Origin: Camelus ferus
Taxonomy: Eukaryota
Reading direction: 5' to 3'
Assembly (NCBI RefSeq): GCF_009834535.1
Contig: NC_045696.1
Coordinates: 73,348,001 to 73,412,000 of the forward strand
DNA: 64,000 nucleotides
Below, piece by piece: positions 25,770 to 39,865 of this stretch. The notes beneath the pieces are model-generated. The model saw nothing but the letters and a program-made list of their open reading frames with translations. It was not told the origin of the DNA and did no database searches. The translations under genes were made by a program, and so were the position numbers. How positions within the stretch are numbered: the stretch's first letter is position 1; each line of letters starts with the position of its first letter.

Positions 25770-27280
25770 AGACCTATACTCTGAAATTATAAGATGTTGA
25801 TGAGAGAATTGAAGATGACTCAAAAAGACGGAAAGATAGACGATGTTCTTGGATTGGAAGAATCAAAATTGTTAAAATGACCATACTACCCAAGGCAATC
25901 TAGATTCAATGCAATCCCTATCACATTTTCAATGGCATTTTTCACAGAACTGGAATAAAAAATTTTTTAAATTTGTATGGAAACACAAAAGACCCCAAAT
26001 AGCCAAAACAATCTTGAGACAGAGGATGAAGCTGGAGGAATCATACTCCCTGACTTCAGACTATACTACAAAGCTAAGTAATCAAAACAGTATGGTATTA
26101 GCACAAAAACAGACACACAGATCATAGAACAGGATAGAAACCCCAGAAGTAAACCCATGCATGCATGGTCAACTAATCTATGACAAAGGAGGCAAGAATA
26201 TACAATGAAGAAAAGACAGTCTCTTCAGTATGTGTTGCTGGGAGAACTGGACAGCTACATGTAAAAGAATGAAGTTAGAACATTCTGTAGCACAATATAC
26301 AAAAATAAACTCAAAATGGATTAAAGACTGAAATGTAAGATCAGATACTATAAAACTTCTAGAGGAAAAACATAGGCAGAACACTTTGACATAAATTGCA
26401 GCACTATTTTTGTGAATCTGTCTCCTAGAATAATGGAAATAAAAGCAAAAATGAATAAATGGGTTAAGCTTAAAAGCTTTTGCACAGCAAAGAAAACCAC
26501 CACCAAAAAGACAACCTACAGAATGTGACAAAATATTCATAAATGATGCAGCTGACAAGGGATTAATTTCCAAAGTACACAAACAGCTCATACACCTCTC
26601 TCTACATATATACAACTCAATAAAAAAAAATTTGCAGAATACCTAAATAGACATTTCTCCAAAGAAGATATACAGATGGCCAAAGGCACAGAAAAGCCAG
26701 AAAAGATGAAAAATCTAATTGGAAAAGACATATGTACCCCAATGTTCATAGCAGCACTATTTACAACAGCCAAGACATGGAAGCAATCTAAATGTCTGCC
26801 AACAGAGGGATGGATAAAGAAGATGTGGTATATACATACAATGGAATGTTACCAAGCCATAAAAAAGAATGAAATAGTGTCATTTGCAGCAGCATGGATG
26901 GACCTAGAGATTATCATACTAAGTGAAGTCAGATAGACAAATATCATATCATATCACTTAGATGTGGAATCTAAAAAAATGATACAAATGAACATATTTG
27001 CAAAACAGAAACAGATTCACAGACATAGAAAACAAGTTTATGGTTACCAAAGAGCAAAGGGAAGGGGAGGAATAAACTAGGAGTTTGGGATTAACAGATA
27101 CACACTACTATATTTAAAATACAGTAAACAAGGACCTACCGTACAGCACAGCGAACTATACAAATATCTTTTAATAACCTAAAATGGAAAATAATTTGAA
27201 AAAGAATATATATGTCTGAATCACTTTGCTATACACCTGAAACTAACAACATTGTAAATCAACTATACTTCAATAGGAAA
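25770..27280 (+). mobile_element. Younger 5'-truncated LINE-1 with an internal deletion
   Basis: ORF 26676-26936 DICTPMFIAALFTTAKTWKQ...WIKKMWYIHTME is the ORF2 end. 3' terminus tacacctgaaactaacaacattgtaaatcaactatacttcaata. Confidence 0.93.
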
Positions 27281-28772
27281 AACCCAGAGAGTAGAGGGAA
27301 GGAAGAAATAAAGTTAATAGTAGAAGATAATGATATAGAAAATAAATAATAGATAAGATCAATAAATTTCAGAGATTGTCTCTTTTAGGACATTAGTAAA
27401 AGTTTTAAAACCCTGTATTTATATTAATGAAGAAAAAGGCTTGAAGAAATCAGTATCAGCAATAAAAAAGGCAACATCACTGCAGATCACTATAGATTTT
27501 GTAGACTTGGAAAAATTTACAACAGAATTACATGAACAACTTTTTGCCAATGTGAAAATGTTGAAGTAATGGAAATTTCTGACAATATAATTTTCCAAAA
27601 CTAACACAAGAAGAAATCTAAATTTGAATAGTCCTATTTCCTGTAATATAATTCTTTATCTTTGATAGTGAATTCAACCAAACAATAAATAAATCCAAAG
27701 TAGCCCGAGAAATAAATCCAAATTCTTTAGAAAATTAAAAAAGGGGAATGCACCCTATCTTCTTTTACAAGACCAAAATAACTTTGATATTAAAACTAGA
27801 CAAGGATATTAATAAAAAGGAAAAGTTACAGGTAATCATATTCATGATTACAGATGTAAAAATTTTAAACAAACTTAGCAAACAGAAGCCAGTAATATGT
27901 ATTTACTAGTTTATCTAGAATTTGAGATTGGTATAATATTAAAACAGTGATTAACATAATTCATTACACTTAAATAAAAAGAAAAAACAATATGGTCTAA
28001 ATAGATAGAGAAAAGGCATGTGACAAAATTCAGCAGCCATTCATATATAATTAAAACCCCTTAGTAAACCAGACCAGAAAGGAACTTCCATAATTCAATA
28101 CAGGGCATGTATAAAAACAAATAAAAACAAATCAAACAACAACAACTGAAAAAAAAAACCTTACAGCAAGAAGTCATATTTAACAGTGAAATGCTGAAAG
28201 CTTTTACTTTGAAATCCGGAATAGAACAAGAATGACAGCAGTCACTAATTTATTCAACATTGAACTGTAATACAATGCAGCAAGGCAAGAAGAAGAAATA
28301 CAAGGGATAAACATTAAAAATGAAGAAATATAACTGTCACTCTATATGTACTGCATACATAGAAAATGAAAAAATGTACAGCTAAATTTTAAAATATATA
28401 TGTGAGTTAGGAGAATGTTGCTGGGCACAAGGTTGATATAATCTTTTAAAAAATGCATTTCTTTATATCAACAAACAAACATTTAAAAATAAAATAAACT
28501 TTTAACATATACAAGTATATATATTTTATATGTAAATATATTTCTGTATCATCAAAAAAATCAAATTCCTAGTAACAAATTTAAAGTATATAAGTAAGAT
28601 CTCTATGAAAAAGAATAGAAAATAATTATAAGGTATTATTGACAGACGTTAAAGATAACCTAAATAAATGGAGAACTGTATCATATTCATGGGCTGGACA
28701 AGACTATATTGTAAATATGTCATTTTCTCAGACTGATGTATAGATTCAATGCAACCCAAACCAAAATAGTTA

Positions 28773-28895
28773 CAGTGGTGTTTGTGGTGGCTTGGAACTA
28801 ACCACGTGGAGTATTTAACATAGGGAAATTGGCAAACACTACAAATCAGAGATCTTTTTCTTCCCCTAGAGAGCCAGTTGGCCAGTATACCACTG
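28773..28895. mobile_element. MER63-like hAT MITE (internally deleted) nested in the old L1M
   Basis: Inverted termini cagtggt...accactg and the internal motif ggaaattggcaaacactacaaatcag...gagagccagttg. Confidence 0.65.
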
Positions 28896-31389
28896 AGCTT
28901 ACTCTAAAATTGATACAGAAAGGAGAAAAAAAAAAAAAAAAGAACCAAATAAACAGTTCAGACAAACTTGAAGAATAAAAACAAAGTGTAAAGACATGCT
29001 TTACCAAGGTATCATGACTTATTATAAAGCAACAAGAATTAAGACAGTATAGTATTGGCAAGGAATAGACAAACACAGCAATGAAACAGAAGAGAGATCT
29101 TGGGCATAGACCCATGCTCTTTGGGCATGATTTACGGAAAGATGGCACTACAGAACTGTAGAGAAAGATCAATGTTTTCCATAAATGGTGATGGAAAATA
29201 GTGTAAACTTGCACCCTATCTAACAGCTTATTCAAAAATTAAGTTCCAGGCGGGTTATAGATTTAAATATGTCAGGTTAACAACAAAGTTGCTGGAAAAT
29301 AATATGGGAGTATATTTTCATGATCTTATGATAGGAAATACTTCTTAGAAAACAAAAATCACTTGTTTCAAGTGATTGAAAAATTGATTATATTAAAATT
29401 AAGAACTCTTTATTAAGGGACACCAGTATTTTACCAACAAAAGAGTAATAGCCAGGATATATAAAGAAATCAATATGAAAAAGAAAAATGACAAAATAGA
29501 AAAAAGTGGTCAAGAGAGTCAAACAGATACTTCATAAAAGAGGATATGTAAATGTCCAAAAACATATGAAAAGGTATTTATCTTCATTAATAATCAGGAA
29601 CATGCACATTAAAATCATAATGAGATATCACTACACATATATACCAGAACAGCTAAAATTTAAAAAGACTGACAAGTGTTGATTAGGATGTGAAGCAATC
29701 ATATTCTGCTGGTTGTAACAGAAATAGGCACAACTACTTTGAAAACAGTTTTCATCATCACTATCATCAGTTTCATCATCATAATCATCTTGTAAAGTTG
29801 AAGTAATACATAGCTTGTGATTCAACAATTCTATTCTTTTACTATATATCCAACAGAAATGTGTGCATATACATCACAAGAGACATGTACAAGAATGTTC
29901 AAAGCAGTATTACTGTTAACAGTTGAAAACTGGAAGCAGCACAAATTTCTACCAACAATAAAATGAATAAATAATGGTACCATATACTATGGTACATTCA
30001 GCAATATAATATACCATAAATCATGGTGTATTCAGCAATGTAATACTATATAGCAATGAAATGTAATTAGAGCTACATGCAACATCATAGATAAATCTCA
30101 TAAGCGAAAAAGTAAAATAGCCAAGCACAAATAATACATAATGTGTAGTTCCATTTACAAAGAATTAAAATCATCATCAAAACTAGCTTGATGGTATTGA
30201 GGAGTGCATCTTAATATAGAAAAACCAAAGAAGGGCACAGAACCCAGTGCAATGACAGGCAAGATAGTGGTGAGGCAGCAGAGGGTAGAGACTGGAAAGG
30301 AAACAGAGTTTCCATGGTGATGACAATTTTTTTACTTTACTTGGTGGTAATTATGTAACTGTTTGTTTTCTGATAGTCTAGACAGTCTAGATAGTCTGTC
30401 TATATAGGTTTTATTTCCCAATTTAAAAAGTTTAAGAGATATTCATCCCTATAGCACCTAAAGTCATCTCATACGTCATATGAATTGCATTCTTTGAAAG
30501 GCAACCAATTTTTTTAGTTGACTCACTCTTCTTTATTTATTTTCCATAACTGGAAGGAATTACTTACCATATATAGGAAGTAACTAATAAATATGGAAAT
30601 AAATACACAACTCTTAAAATTAAAAACTACTCAATCATGAATCACTTAAAAGTATCTTACGTACCTCCACCAGTGGTAATTTGCGAAGCCCTACACAAAC
30701 GTTAGATTACCTCTGTTTTAATTTGTTCTTCCAACAGTCCATCAAGGACCAGACTCATGAAGTGCCGCAACCAAATATGAGCCTGTCCCTACTGGTCCAG
30801 GGCTCTGGCTTCCTTGACTTGAGACCCACAAGGAAAGACCATCTCCACTACCTCTAAAGCCTGGCTCTAACTCTGGTCCAAAGAACTTAGCCAGGTCTGT
30901 AACCTGCTCTCACTCCTAGAAAGGGGAGATCACAAAGATAAACCCACCATACAGGAGGAAATGATTTAAGACACTCTTTTAAAGTTTATTTTTAGCTTTG
31001 GTTTCAGTTTGTTTTCCATAACAAAAGAATCACATTCTTAGTTTTTGGGTAGTTCCAGATAGCACAACAAAAGGATCCTTTGGAAATTCTAAGTTACTTG
31101 GAGAAAACCTTGAAAAATCAACTGAGGTCAAGTTAATGCAATAGCACAAATACTCACACTTGCCCTCTATTGCACTGGTCTTTGCTTGCTTTGTTTCTTA
31201 GAATAGCTATCTAAACCAATTTACTCAAATTTCAGGGTTGAGCCTTGATTTAGTTGCTTTACATGTGTTCTTGAAATGGATTAACATTTAGCAGCGGAAT
31301 TATTCTGCATGCTACCGTTCATCTCCTAATCGCCAATGATACACCTCTCCTTTTGGGAGAGGTAAATAGCTGTTCTTGAATTCTTTCCA

Positions 31390-31437
31390 TCTCTCTTCTC
31401 TTTGTCTCTCTGTCTCTCTGTCTCTTTCTCTCTCTCA

Positions 31438-31471
<34 letters not shown>
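31390..31471. repeat. (TC)n-(CA)n microsatellite
   Basis: Directly visible. Confidence 0.95.
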
Positions 31472-31474
<3 letters not shown>

Positions 31475-31789
31475 TATCATTTACAACTGTAATAAAACTA
31501 ACTATATATTTTCTTTAGCATACAAATCAGGTACCTAGAAAACATATCTACAAGTAACTCAAAATGAAAAGTGAGCACCCCAATTGTGTCACTTGTCTAG
31601 ATAACACTCCTATATTTTTTATGCCAACCTCTAATTAATAATTGACTAATATATACCCAGTACTGTTAAGTATTTTTGAGGATTAGAAAACTATAAAACA
31701 TACTTTATGGCTTCAATGCATTTACAGCCTTCACAAGAGGGAGACACCAAGAAGATAATGTTCTATAATTATGTAATATATTTTACAGT

Positions 31790-31990
31790 GTAGACCACAT
31801 GTGCTAAACTGTCATGGTTAATTAACATATTGGCAATATCTTCCCCATTCTTCAGAAAGAGGCATTATTATTTCCTTATTCTACAGGCAAGGGTTAGGGA
31901 ATTTAAGCAATTTGCCAGGTACTAGATAGGGTACAGCAAAGCCAAGACTCAAACCAGATCTTCTGAGTGCAAACATCTTGCTTTCTTCCA
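31790..31990 (-). mobile_element. MIR SINE (diverged)
   Basis: ggcattattatttccttattctacagg...ttaagcaatttgcc...gactcaaaccagatcttctga. Confidence 0.55.
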
Positions 31991-32224
31991 ATGTATTCTA
32001 TCATAAGACTCGGCACAGTTTTGAACACATAATAGGTGTACAGTAATTGGCTGAAGATTTACAAAAACATAAAACACTCAATTTTGAAATGAGAGAAAAT
32101 AAAATCTATATAAGGCAGATTAATTTGTGTAGTTGACTACACACAGAGAGTACCAAGAGTATGACTCAGACACAGGGATCAAGAACACTTTGAAACCCAT
32201 ACGAACATTTCAAGTTGTTGGAAA

Positions 32225-32520
32225 CTATACCACAGGGACAAAAATCTCAGTGTACCTCTCTTTTAAGGTACATGTCCATGATGGGTTGGCTGGTATCTCC
32301 ACTCTATGTGGTCCTCACTCCAAGATCAGGCTGATAGAGCAGCCACCATCTGGAGAATTACTGGATGCCATGATAGGGGAAGAGAAGTGGGATGAATTAT
32401 ACATCAGGCCTTAGACCTTCAGTCTGGAAGTGACTTACACTACTTCTGCCCACATTTAATTGGCCAAAGTGAGTTGTACAGCCAAACCTAACTTCAAAAG
32501 GACTGGGGAAATAGTGTATC
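32225..32520 (-). mobile_element. MaLR LTR fragment (MLT1K/L-like)
   Basis: caggctgatagagcagccaccatctgg...ggaagtgacttacactacttctgcccacatttaattggccaaag. Confidence 0.7.
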
Positions 32521-33559
32521 TTTGTAAGACGTTTAGGAAAAGATAGCAGGCTACCACACAAGTTTTACTCCTGCAAAAATAATGGGTGAAGGATATACAT
32601 ACATATACAATAAACACAAATTTCAATCAACAAAAGCCATGTTGAGATAGGTTCTGAATGTGTTCCAAACTAAACTGTGTTTTAAAATATTAACAGAATT
32701 TAATACATTCCTCAGCAGTGTCATTTAACACAGTCCCCTTGCCTCTCTTAAAGACCATATACTTTACAAGTTCACTCTATACTCAGAAAGTACCGGACCC
32801 AACCTAAAATGTCAAGTATAAGTTAACATATCTGCAAGGAAAAGATATGTCCCTTGAAAAGGAAGGAGCAGGAGACTCTTTGCAGTACTTAGCTGGTGGG
32901 CATGGTGGGAAGGAGCCTAGACAGGTTTAGGGTTGAACACAAACCAAGTGACCACATTGAAAGGGATGGCCCTAAAAGGCTTTTCTCTTCTGATTCTTTC
33001 ACTGTTTAGCACTCTCAAATATATAGTCCTTCATTCTTGGGGCAGAGAAGTCAAGGAAGTTAAGCCTTAGGCTCATAAATACCTAAACCTCGCTATGAGC
33101 CCAAGAGGCAAAAATGTCAAATTCAGAATGTTCCATCTCTTTATTCTCATTCTATTCTCCACCCTTCTGTATTGTAAAATAAAGCAGAATTGGGGCTACA
33201 AAAAATAATTCACAGCTTCTCAGATTTTTTTTTTTTTTTTTCCTAAACCTATGTCTTCCTACCTTACTGCTCCTTACTGACTTTCAGCAGCTTTGGCTGC
33301 CCTTCCCCTAAAGGATGTAAATGATAAATATGTTTTGAAAAATTTCCAGGTATAAGCCCCAAAAGACCTTCTCTATTTGTTATAATACTGACATGTTGAT
33401 CTCTTACCAGTCTTACAGAAATGGGACATGAAATGGGTTTACATGTATCAATGCCTGTGTCTCTGTGATCCTTGTAGTCGTCATGCCTTCTGGAACTACA
33501 AACTGTCAAGCCCCACAAATTCTTCTGTTTACACCTTTCTTAATCTTCCCCGCACTCCT

Positions 33560-34150
33560 CCTCCAGCTTTTAGTATGCTTAAACACATCCTTGCTTCTTA
33601 AAACTTTCTATTTATATGGCAATGTTTAATCAGATTTATTTTCTACTTCTCTGACTTCATCAATGGCTTCTTTTCTTATCCTGATTATCTAAAAGGGTAA
33701 ACATTCTTTGAGGTTCTGTTCTAAGTAATCTCTTTTTCCCCTGCATTTTCTCTCCGGACCACATTATCTCTCCCAAGGCTGCAACTATGACTTCAATGTA
33801 AAAGGCATTGAAATTGGTATCATTAATATTGATCTCTCTCTAGAGCATGAGAGACATCCATCCACCTTTGAGTATGTCATAATACACTTAAAAAAAAAGG
33901 AGCACATTCCCAGGATAAAACTCTCTGTGCATTCAACTCCACTCCTTACCCTAAAATTTAAGATCTCTGTGATCCTACTCCAATCTAATATCTGTCCAAC
34001 CAATTACTGCTCTAGTCCACATCAAGAGTTCTATACTCCAGTGAAACAGAATTCTTCACTGTTCTCTCTAAAATTCCAATTCCCTTTTATTACTCTCTTC
34101 ATCTAGACTTCTGCTAGTCCTTCTCCTGAGCATGCTCACCTCACTTCTGC
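33560..34150 (+). mobile_element. L2 remnant
   Basis: Pyrimidine-rich L2-like motifs (catccttgcttcttaaaac, ggttctgttctaag, tcccaaggctgcaactatgac). Confidence 0.45.
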
Positions 34151-35454
34151 ACTCTTCTCATGCTCTTATGGGAATGTTTTATGAGATGATTCACAAACTT
34201 CAAAACTAAACAAAATGCAAACCATATGTGAGTAGGTCTTGAAAGTTACCTGCAGTGGTTAGAAATGTATCTCACTCAGTTCACTTATTAAGTTCAGAAC
34301 GTTGCAAAACATCAAGCCTATTTCTAAGACAATTTTTCCCTCCTTGACACTCATATCTCTTGCATTCTACTTGCTTTTCCAGAGAAGTAATTTTCCTTCT
34401 TCATTTTGAAAATTCCCTCATATACTCACCTCCTGCTCAGTTTTTCTATACTATTTCCCAGAAAATAATCAATCTCTCTCTCTTTCTCTCTCTCTCTGAA
34501 GTGAGTAGGAGGCTACTGCTTCTGTTCCCCACTTCTTGTGCTAAACTTTCTTTTCCTGCTTTCCTCTCTGCCTCTCCAATCTCATTCATCATTTGATTCT
34601 ATACAGAAAACACTGTCACACATCAGTGGCCATTTGTAGCAATCACTTTCAATTTTATTTCCTTATGCTGTTTTTCTCTAGCCTACTTTTAAACAAATAC
34701 ATTGACATAGCACTCAAATTATATATCAGAGGCATCCTCTAATATAAGATACATATGTATACACACATACACTTTCTGTTTAGAACTTTTAAGTTACTTG
34801 CTGCTTATAGACTCACATTTTTACTTTTGATCTGCTCTCCCCAGATTAGCTAATTCATGATCTGTGAAACCACTCTGAGCAGAGCTGCCAGAGGAAGTCA
34901 TCTTGATTTAATCGCTGTGCCTCGGGAAAAAAAAATCAGAGCGTATGTGAAAGGGCCAAAGGTCTAGGATGTGGAAAAGGATTCACTGCAGCAGTGTCTC
35001 GAAAGGAGAGAATAGGGTGATAATGCCACCTCAATTTTTTATTCTTCTGTTGATTTCCTTTTGGACCTGTCAAATGAGGTGCTGAGATGAGCCCTCTTCT
35101 TCCTAGAGCTCAACAATCAAAGTGAAGATGCCACAAACACCCCCAGGAAAAAAGAGATAAAGCCCAATGGAGACAATGTAAGGAGGAAAGTGCTTATGGA
35201 ATCCATTACTGGTTATGGCCCAACTTGGACAATGAACCGCAGCCTTACCACTGTAATAGCAGCCTCCTTCTTCTAACCTCTGGGTGATGAAAGACTCCAA
35301 GCCCAGATTCCTACAAAATGAGTAAACAAGGCTGACTGCACTCATGTTGGCTTGTTTTACACCTGTGTTTTACGAGTTGGACTAGGTGTGCAACAAACCA
35401 CGAATCATGGGCTCTGATTATAATAAAATGTTATCATCCATGTCTGCACAAAGT

Positions 35455-35720
35455 AGAGGGGGTTGATAGCACAATAGGGTATGGCAGAAAATAGGAACTG
35501 CGGAGTCAGGCAGTTCCAGGTTTCCACCTTACACTTGCCACTTCAGAGTTTAATAACCTCAGACAAGTTAATTTAACATCTCTGAGCTTCAGTGTTGTCA
35601 TTTAGAAAAACCACAGGTAAGAATATATGTATTTCATATAATAGTCATGAGGGTGAAATGAGGTGACATAAATGAAAGTGCCTGGTGCTGTGCAAGAAAT
35701 GTGCTGCTCACAAGCTGTTT
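35455..35720 (+). mobile_element. MIR SINE
   Basis: ggagtcaggcag...gccactt...acaagttaatttaacatctctgagcttcagt...gaaagtgcctgg. Confidence 0.75.
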
Positions 35721-36072
35721 CCCTGCCTCTCTACACTTGCCCTCCACCCACCTCCACCATTTCTATCACGTGTAGGGAAGCAGGGTGGGTAGCCATGTTC
35801 CTCACAAGCGTCTGGTGAGGATTAAAGAGCTAACATAAGTATCCATTACAGGGCTTGGCCCTTCTTGTTCTCCTTCAAATTGTGAGCTAATTTTGGCCAA
35901 GATCCTCCAGACAAATATATGATAAAGGCCTTTAAAACTTGTCTATATACCCAACTTCTTTTGTTAGAAAGCAGTATGTCATCTTGGAGTCTACTTTCAT
36001 TCATCCTTCTCACCTAATACCTAATAACTGCCCCACACTTAGAGACCCCCAAATGGGTGCTGATCCTCCAGT

Positions 36073-36236
36073 CGCTTGCTATTCAAAGTACGGTCTGTGG
36101 AACTACAGCATTAGCGTAATTTGGGAAGCTGTTAGAAATGCTGGCTCTTGGCCCTACCCTAAACCTGCTGAAATAGAACCTGCATTTTAATAATGTCCCT
36201 GAATATATACACTTTAAAGTGAGATGTAGTACTCTA
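36073..36236. mobile_element. MER5A1-like hAT-Charlie MITE
   Basis: ctattcaaagtacggtc...cagcattagcgtaatttgggaagctgttagaaatgc...agaacctgcattttaataa. Confidence 0.75.
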
Positions 36237-36439
36237 GCCAAAACTCCAGAACCCCTATAAATATTAAAAACAAGCCAATGCTTCTTGTTTCACTATAAAA
36301 TGCAAAAGTTCATATATTAGAACTGAGTGGACAAAGCCTACTTTCTCACTTTAATGTCTTCTTCGTATCAGGGATGAACATTGCTGACACTAATGCCGGA
36401 CTGTAAAAGTGTAGGTACACCTAGGAGAGGAGGTGATAC

Positions 36440-36630
36440 GGGGCAGTGGCTGTCATCACAGGCTTGGCTATCATGCAAATATGAATTTAAATCCTAGTTC
36501 CACTGTTGATTAGCTGTGTGAATTGGGGCAGTTAACCATCTACAATATGAAATTGATAATACCTACTGGTCTTTGTGGGAACCAAGTGAAATTTTGATTA
36601 TAAAGTACCAAGCATACACTAGGCACTCAG
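36440..36630 (+). mobile_element. MIR SINE fragment
   Basis: aaatcctagttccactgttgattagctgtgtgaattggggcagtta...ataatacctac. Confidence 0.65.
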
Positions 36631-37349
36631 AGAAGGCAGAGGCAGTACCTATGAAATGATGTGAAGGAAGGGCTTCTGAATATTCAGACTTCAAAACACA
36701 GATCTAATTTAACTACTGCATTGGTCCACTGCTCATGTACAGAGGAACTCCATTCAAGGAGAATATGATCAAGACCTTTAGCCTTCATAGGAAAATGAAA
36801 TCCTTGCACAGGAGTCTCCTCTGATTCAACAGGGGAGATCACCATGCTCAAAGCTCTGCTCTCACAGGGTGTTCAAGGACAAACTGACAACCAGCTTCTC
36901 AAAATTCATCCAAATTCGGTTAAATGCCTGAGTGATTTGCTATTAGAGGGAAAAGTTGGAGATATGCTATTTTCATGTATTCTTCTAAATTCTATATTTG
37001 ATTTAAATTTTACCTTCAAAAAATTGTATAAGGCCTGATTATCTCAAATTCCTGCTTGTACACCCCGATATTCTTTCATACCTGTTCCTCCCAAGGGTTG
37101 ACATAAGAAAGAGACACATGACTAGCATCTGTTAAGTTGATCAGTGCTAAAGTTTAACCAATAAATTATTTAACAAGTTGGAAGAAAATTTTGTCTCTCC
37201 ATAAAATATACATATTTCCTTTTGTCAGATAACAATAATTACGTAACTAATTACACCTATCTTTTTGAGTTGGTTGCTAGGATTGTCTGAGGTAAGTGAG
37301 CTGATTCACAGTCGCACCATTAGCTCTGATGGTCTGCATATTTGCTGTA

Positions 37350-38200
37350 AAATTCCACTAACAGACATAAAGTAGATCTGAATAAACAGTGAGAGGTACT
37401 AGATCATTGGATAGCAAGACTCAATACTATAAAATATCTATTATCTCCAAATTATTCTGAAAATGTAATGAAATTCAATTCAATTTCCAGGGGGTTTTTT
37501 CACTAAATTCACTAAAAAAATAATGTTCAGGAAAAAAAAGTTTTTTAAATGAGTAGAGGGGTTTCCTTTTTTTAAAATGATATGTTGTATAATAACAATA
37601 GTTGAAAGAGTATGATATTGGTGTCAGAATTGGTTCAATAAAATTCAAGAAACAGATTTGAGTACTTTTAGTATACCAAAAAGGTAGTATTTCTAATTGA
37701 TAGATAATGGTACAGGAATAACCAGCTCTTAAATAGAGAAAAACATCTCTACCTCACGCCTTGCACAAAAGTAACTCCTAGATGTATTAAAGATTTAAGT
37801 ATTAAACATGAAAATATACTAATACTTTAAAATGTAGATGAATTCTTATACATAGTCTTGAGGTGTGGAAAGATGTTCTAACCATAATACCACTGAGGAA
37901 AAAATTAAAATATTGGCACGTTTTACTACATTAACATTAAACACTTCTGACTGAGAAAAAGTATTACAAAACAATTAAGAAGGCAAATGTTAAATTAAGA
38001 AAAAAATACTAAAAACCCCACATAGACAAAGAATTACTAGCCATATATAAAGTAGTTTAGAAAAAAGATGAACTACCTGATAGAAAAATGTCTAGTGAAT
38101 AATAAGCAATTCACAAAGTAATATAAAATGTCCAATAAAATTTTTAAAACTTCTATCTCTCTAGTAATCAAACAAATATAGATCAAACAAAACCTTTTTA
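37350..38200 (+). mobile_element. Ancient L1M ORF2 3' remnant
   Basis: Decayed colinear L1 motifs (gcaagactcaatactataaaa, ctctacctcacgccttgcacaaaagtaactcc). Confidence 0.6.
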
Positions 38201-38399
38201 AATAAAAACTTTTCAGATTGTTGTTGAGGACTTGGGGAAGAAAAAGAGACAAAAATAAAGAGAATAAAATGAAAAAGTTATTAACAAACTAACTAATACT
38301 AAAAATGCATACTCATAAATATAGATTAAAAATTATAAATAAAAATACCATATTCACTCTGTAGACATTTATATAATTTATACTTTCCTTGAACATTAT

Positions 38400-38612
38400 C
38401 TTTTCATTAAAATTTCAGAATAAAATGAAATTAAGGAGTCCAAGATGATGATTTGATATACATATACACAATAAAATAATTAAAATAAGTGAGATCATAG
38501 AGTATTTGTCTTTCTCTATCTGGCTTATTGCATGTAACATAATGTCCTCCAGGTTCATTTATATTGTCACAAATGGCAGGATTTCCTTCCTTCTCATGGC
38601 CAAATAATATTC

Positions 38613-38654
<42 letters not shown>

Positions 38655-39865
38655 CACACTTTTTCTATCCATTGACAGACACTTAGGTTGTTTCCATATC
38701 TTGGCTATTGTGATTAGCTATTGTGATTGTGTGTTCTGCAAACAACATGGGAGTACAGATATCTCCTAAAAGATAGTGACTTCATTTCCTTTGGATGTAT
38801 ATTCAGAAATGGAATTGCTGGATTATATGATAGTTCTATTTTTAATTTTTTGAGGGGCCTCCACATTATTTTCCATAACAACTGCACAACTTAACATTCC
38901 TACCAACAGTATACAAGGGTTCCCCCATTCTCCACATCTTCACTAACACTTGCTAATTTTGTCTTTATAATAGTCATTCTAACAGGTGTGCGGTGATATC
39001 TCACTGTGGGTTTTGTTTGCATTTCCCTGATGATTGGTTATGTTGAGCACTTTTTCATATACCTGCTGGCCATTTGTATGTCATCTTTTGAGAAGTGTCT
39101 GTTCAGGTCCTTGGCCCACTTTTTAAAAATGGGGTTATTTGTTTTCTTGCTATTGGGTTCCTTATATATTTTGGACAGTAATCTCTTATCAGATATATGG
39201 TTTGCAGGTATTTTCCCATTCCATAGTTTGTCTCTTCACTCTATGGTTCCTTTGTTGTCCAGAAGCCTTTTATTTGATGCAGTCTCATTTGTTTATTTTG
39301 GTTTTGTCACCTGTGCTTTTGGGGTCATATCCCAAAAATCATTACCCAGATCAATATCAAGAAGGTTTTTCCCTATGTTTTCTCCTAATAGTTTTATGGT
39401 TTCAGGACTTACGCTTGAATTTTAAATTCATTTTCAATTGATTTTAAAATGTGGAGTGAGATAAGAGTCCAAATTCATTCTTCTGTGAATGGAAAACCAG
39501 TTGTCCCAACACCACTTATCGAAGAGACTGTCCTTTACTCATTGTGTATTCTTGGCACCTTTGTCAAAGCTCAATTGATGATAAATACTTGAGTTTATTT
39601 CTGGGCTCTCTATTTTTGTTCCGTCAATCTGTATGTCTGTTTTTGTGCCAGTGCCATGCTACTTTGGTTACTATAGTTTTGTAGTGTATTCTGAAATCAG
39701 GTAGAGTGATGCCTTCAACTTGTTTAGTTTTTGTTTGCTCAAGATTGCTTTGGCCATTTATAGTCTTTTATGATTCTATATGAATCTTAGAATTGTTTTT
39801 TCTATTCTGTTAAAACTGGCATTAGAATTTTGATAGAGATTGCACTGAATATGTAGATCACTTTA
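38400..39865 (-). mobile_element. LINE-1 (L1MA-like) 3' portion containing a (TG)n at 38618-38652
   Basis: Antisense ORF2 motifs tgcatttccctgatgattgg, ctggccatttgtatgtcatcttttgagaagtgtct and gattgcactgaat. 3' UTR motif gatgatttgatatacatatac. Confidence 0.9.

Larger units (their letters stand above)
21290..30430 (+). mobile_element. Near-complete but heavily decayed ancient L1M (5' end, ORF1, ORF2, 3' UTR) with nested insertions
   Basis: 5' motif cttccacttctagtaatggcagact. ORF1 remnant (gaactcaatggatagg, cagacttacagctgacttctcagca). ORF2 remnants at 24.9-25.75 kb and 27.3-30.1 kb in colinear order. A-rich sense strand, no long ORF. Confidence 0.8.

Noticed and set aside
29631..29828. Acidic DDYDDETDDSDDEN ORF
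   Set aside because: Produced by a degenerate (TCA)n run inside the L1M remnant
36844..37038. 64-aa ORF with ACCATG context, preceded by a short hairpin
   Set aside because: No homology recognised, no promoter or exon support, and the length is expected by chance
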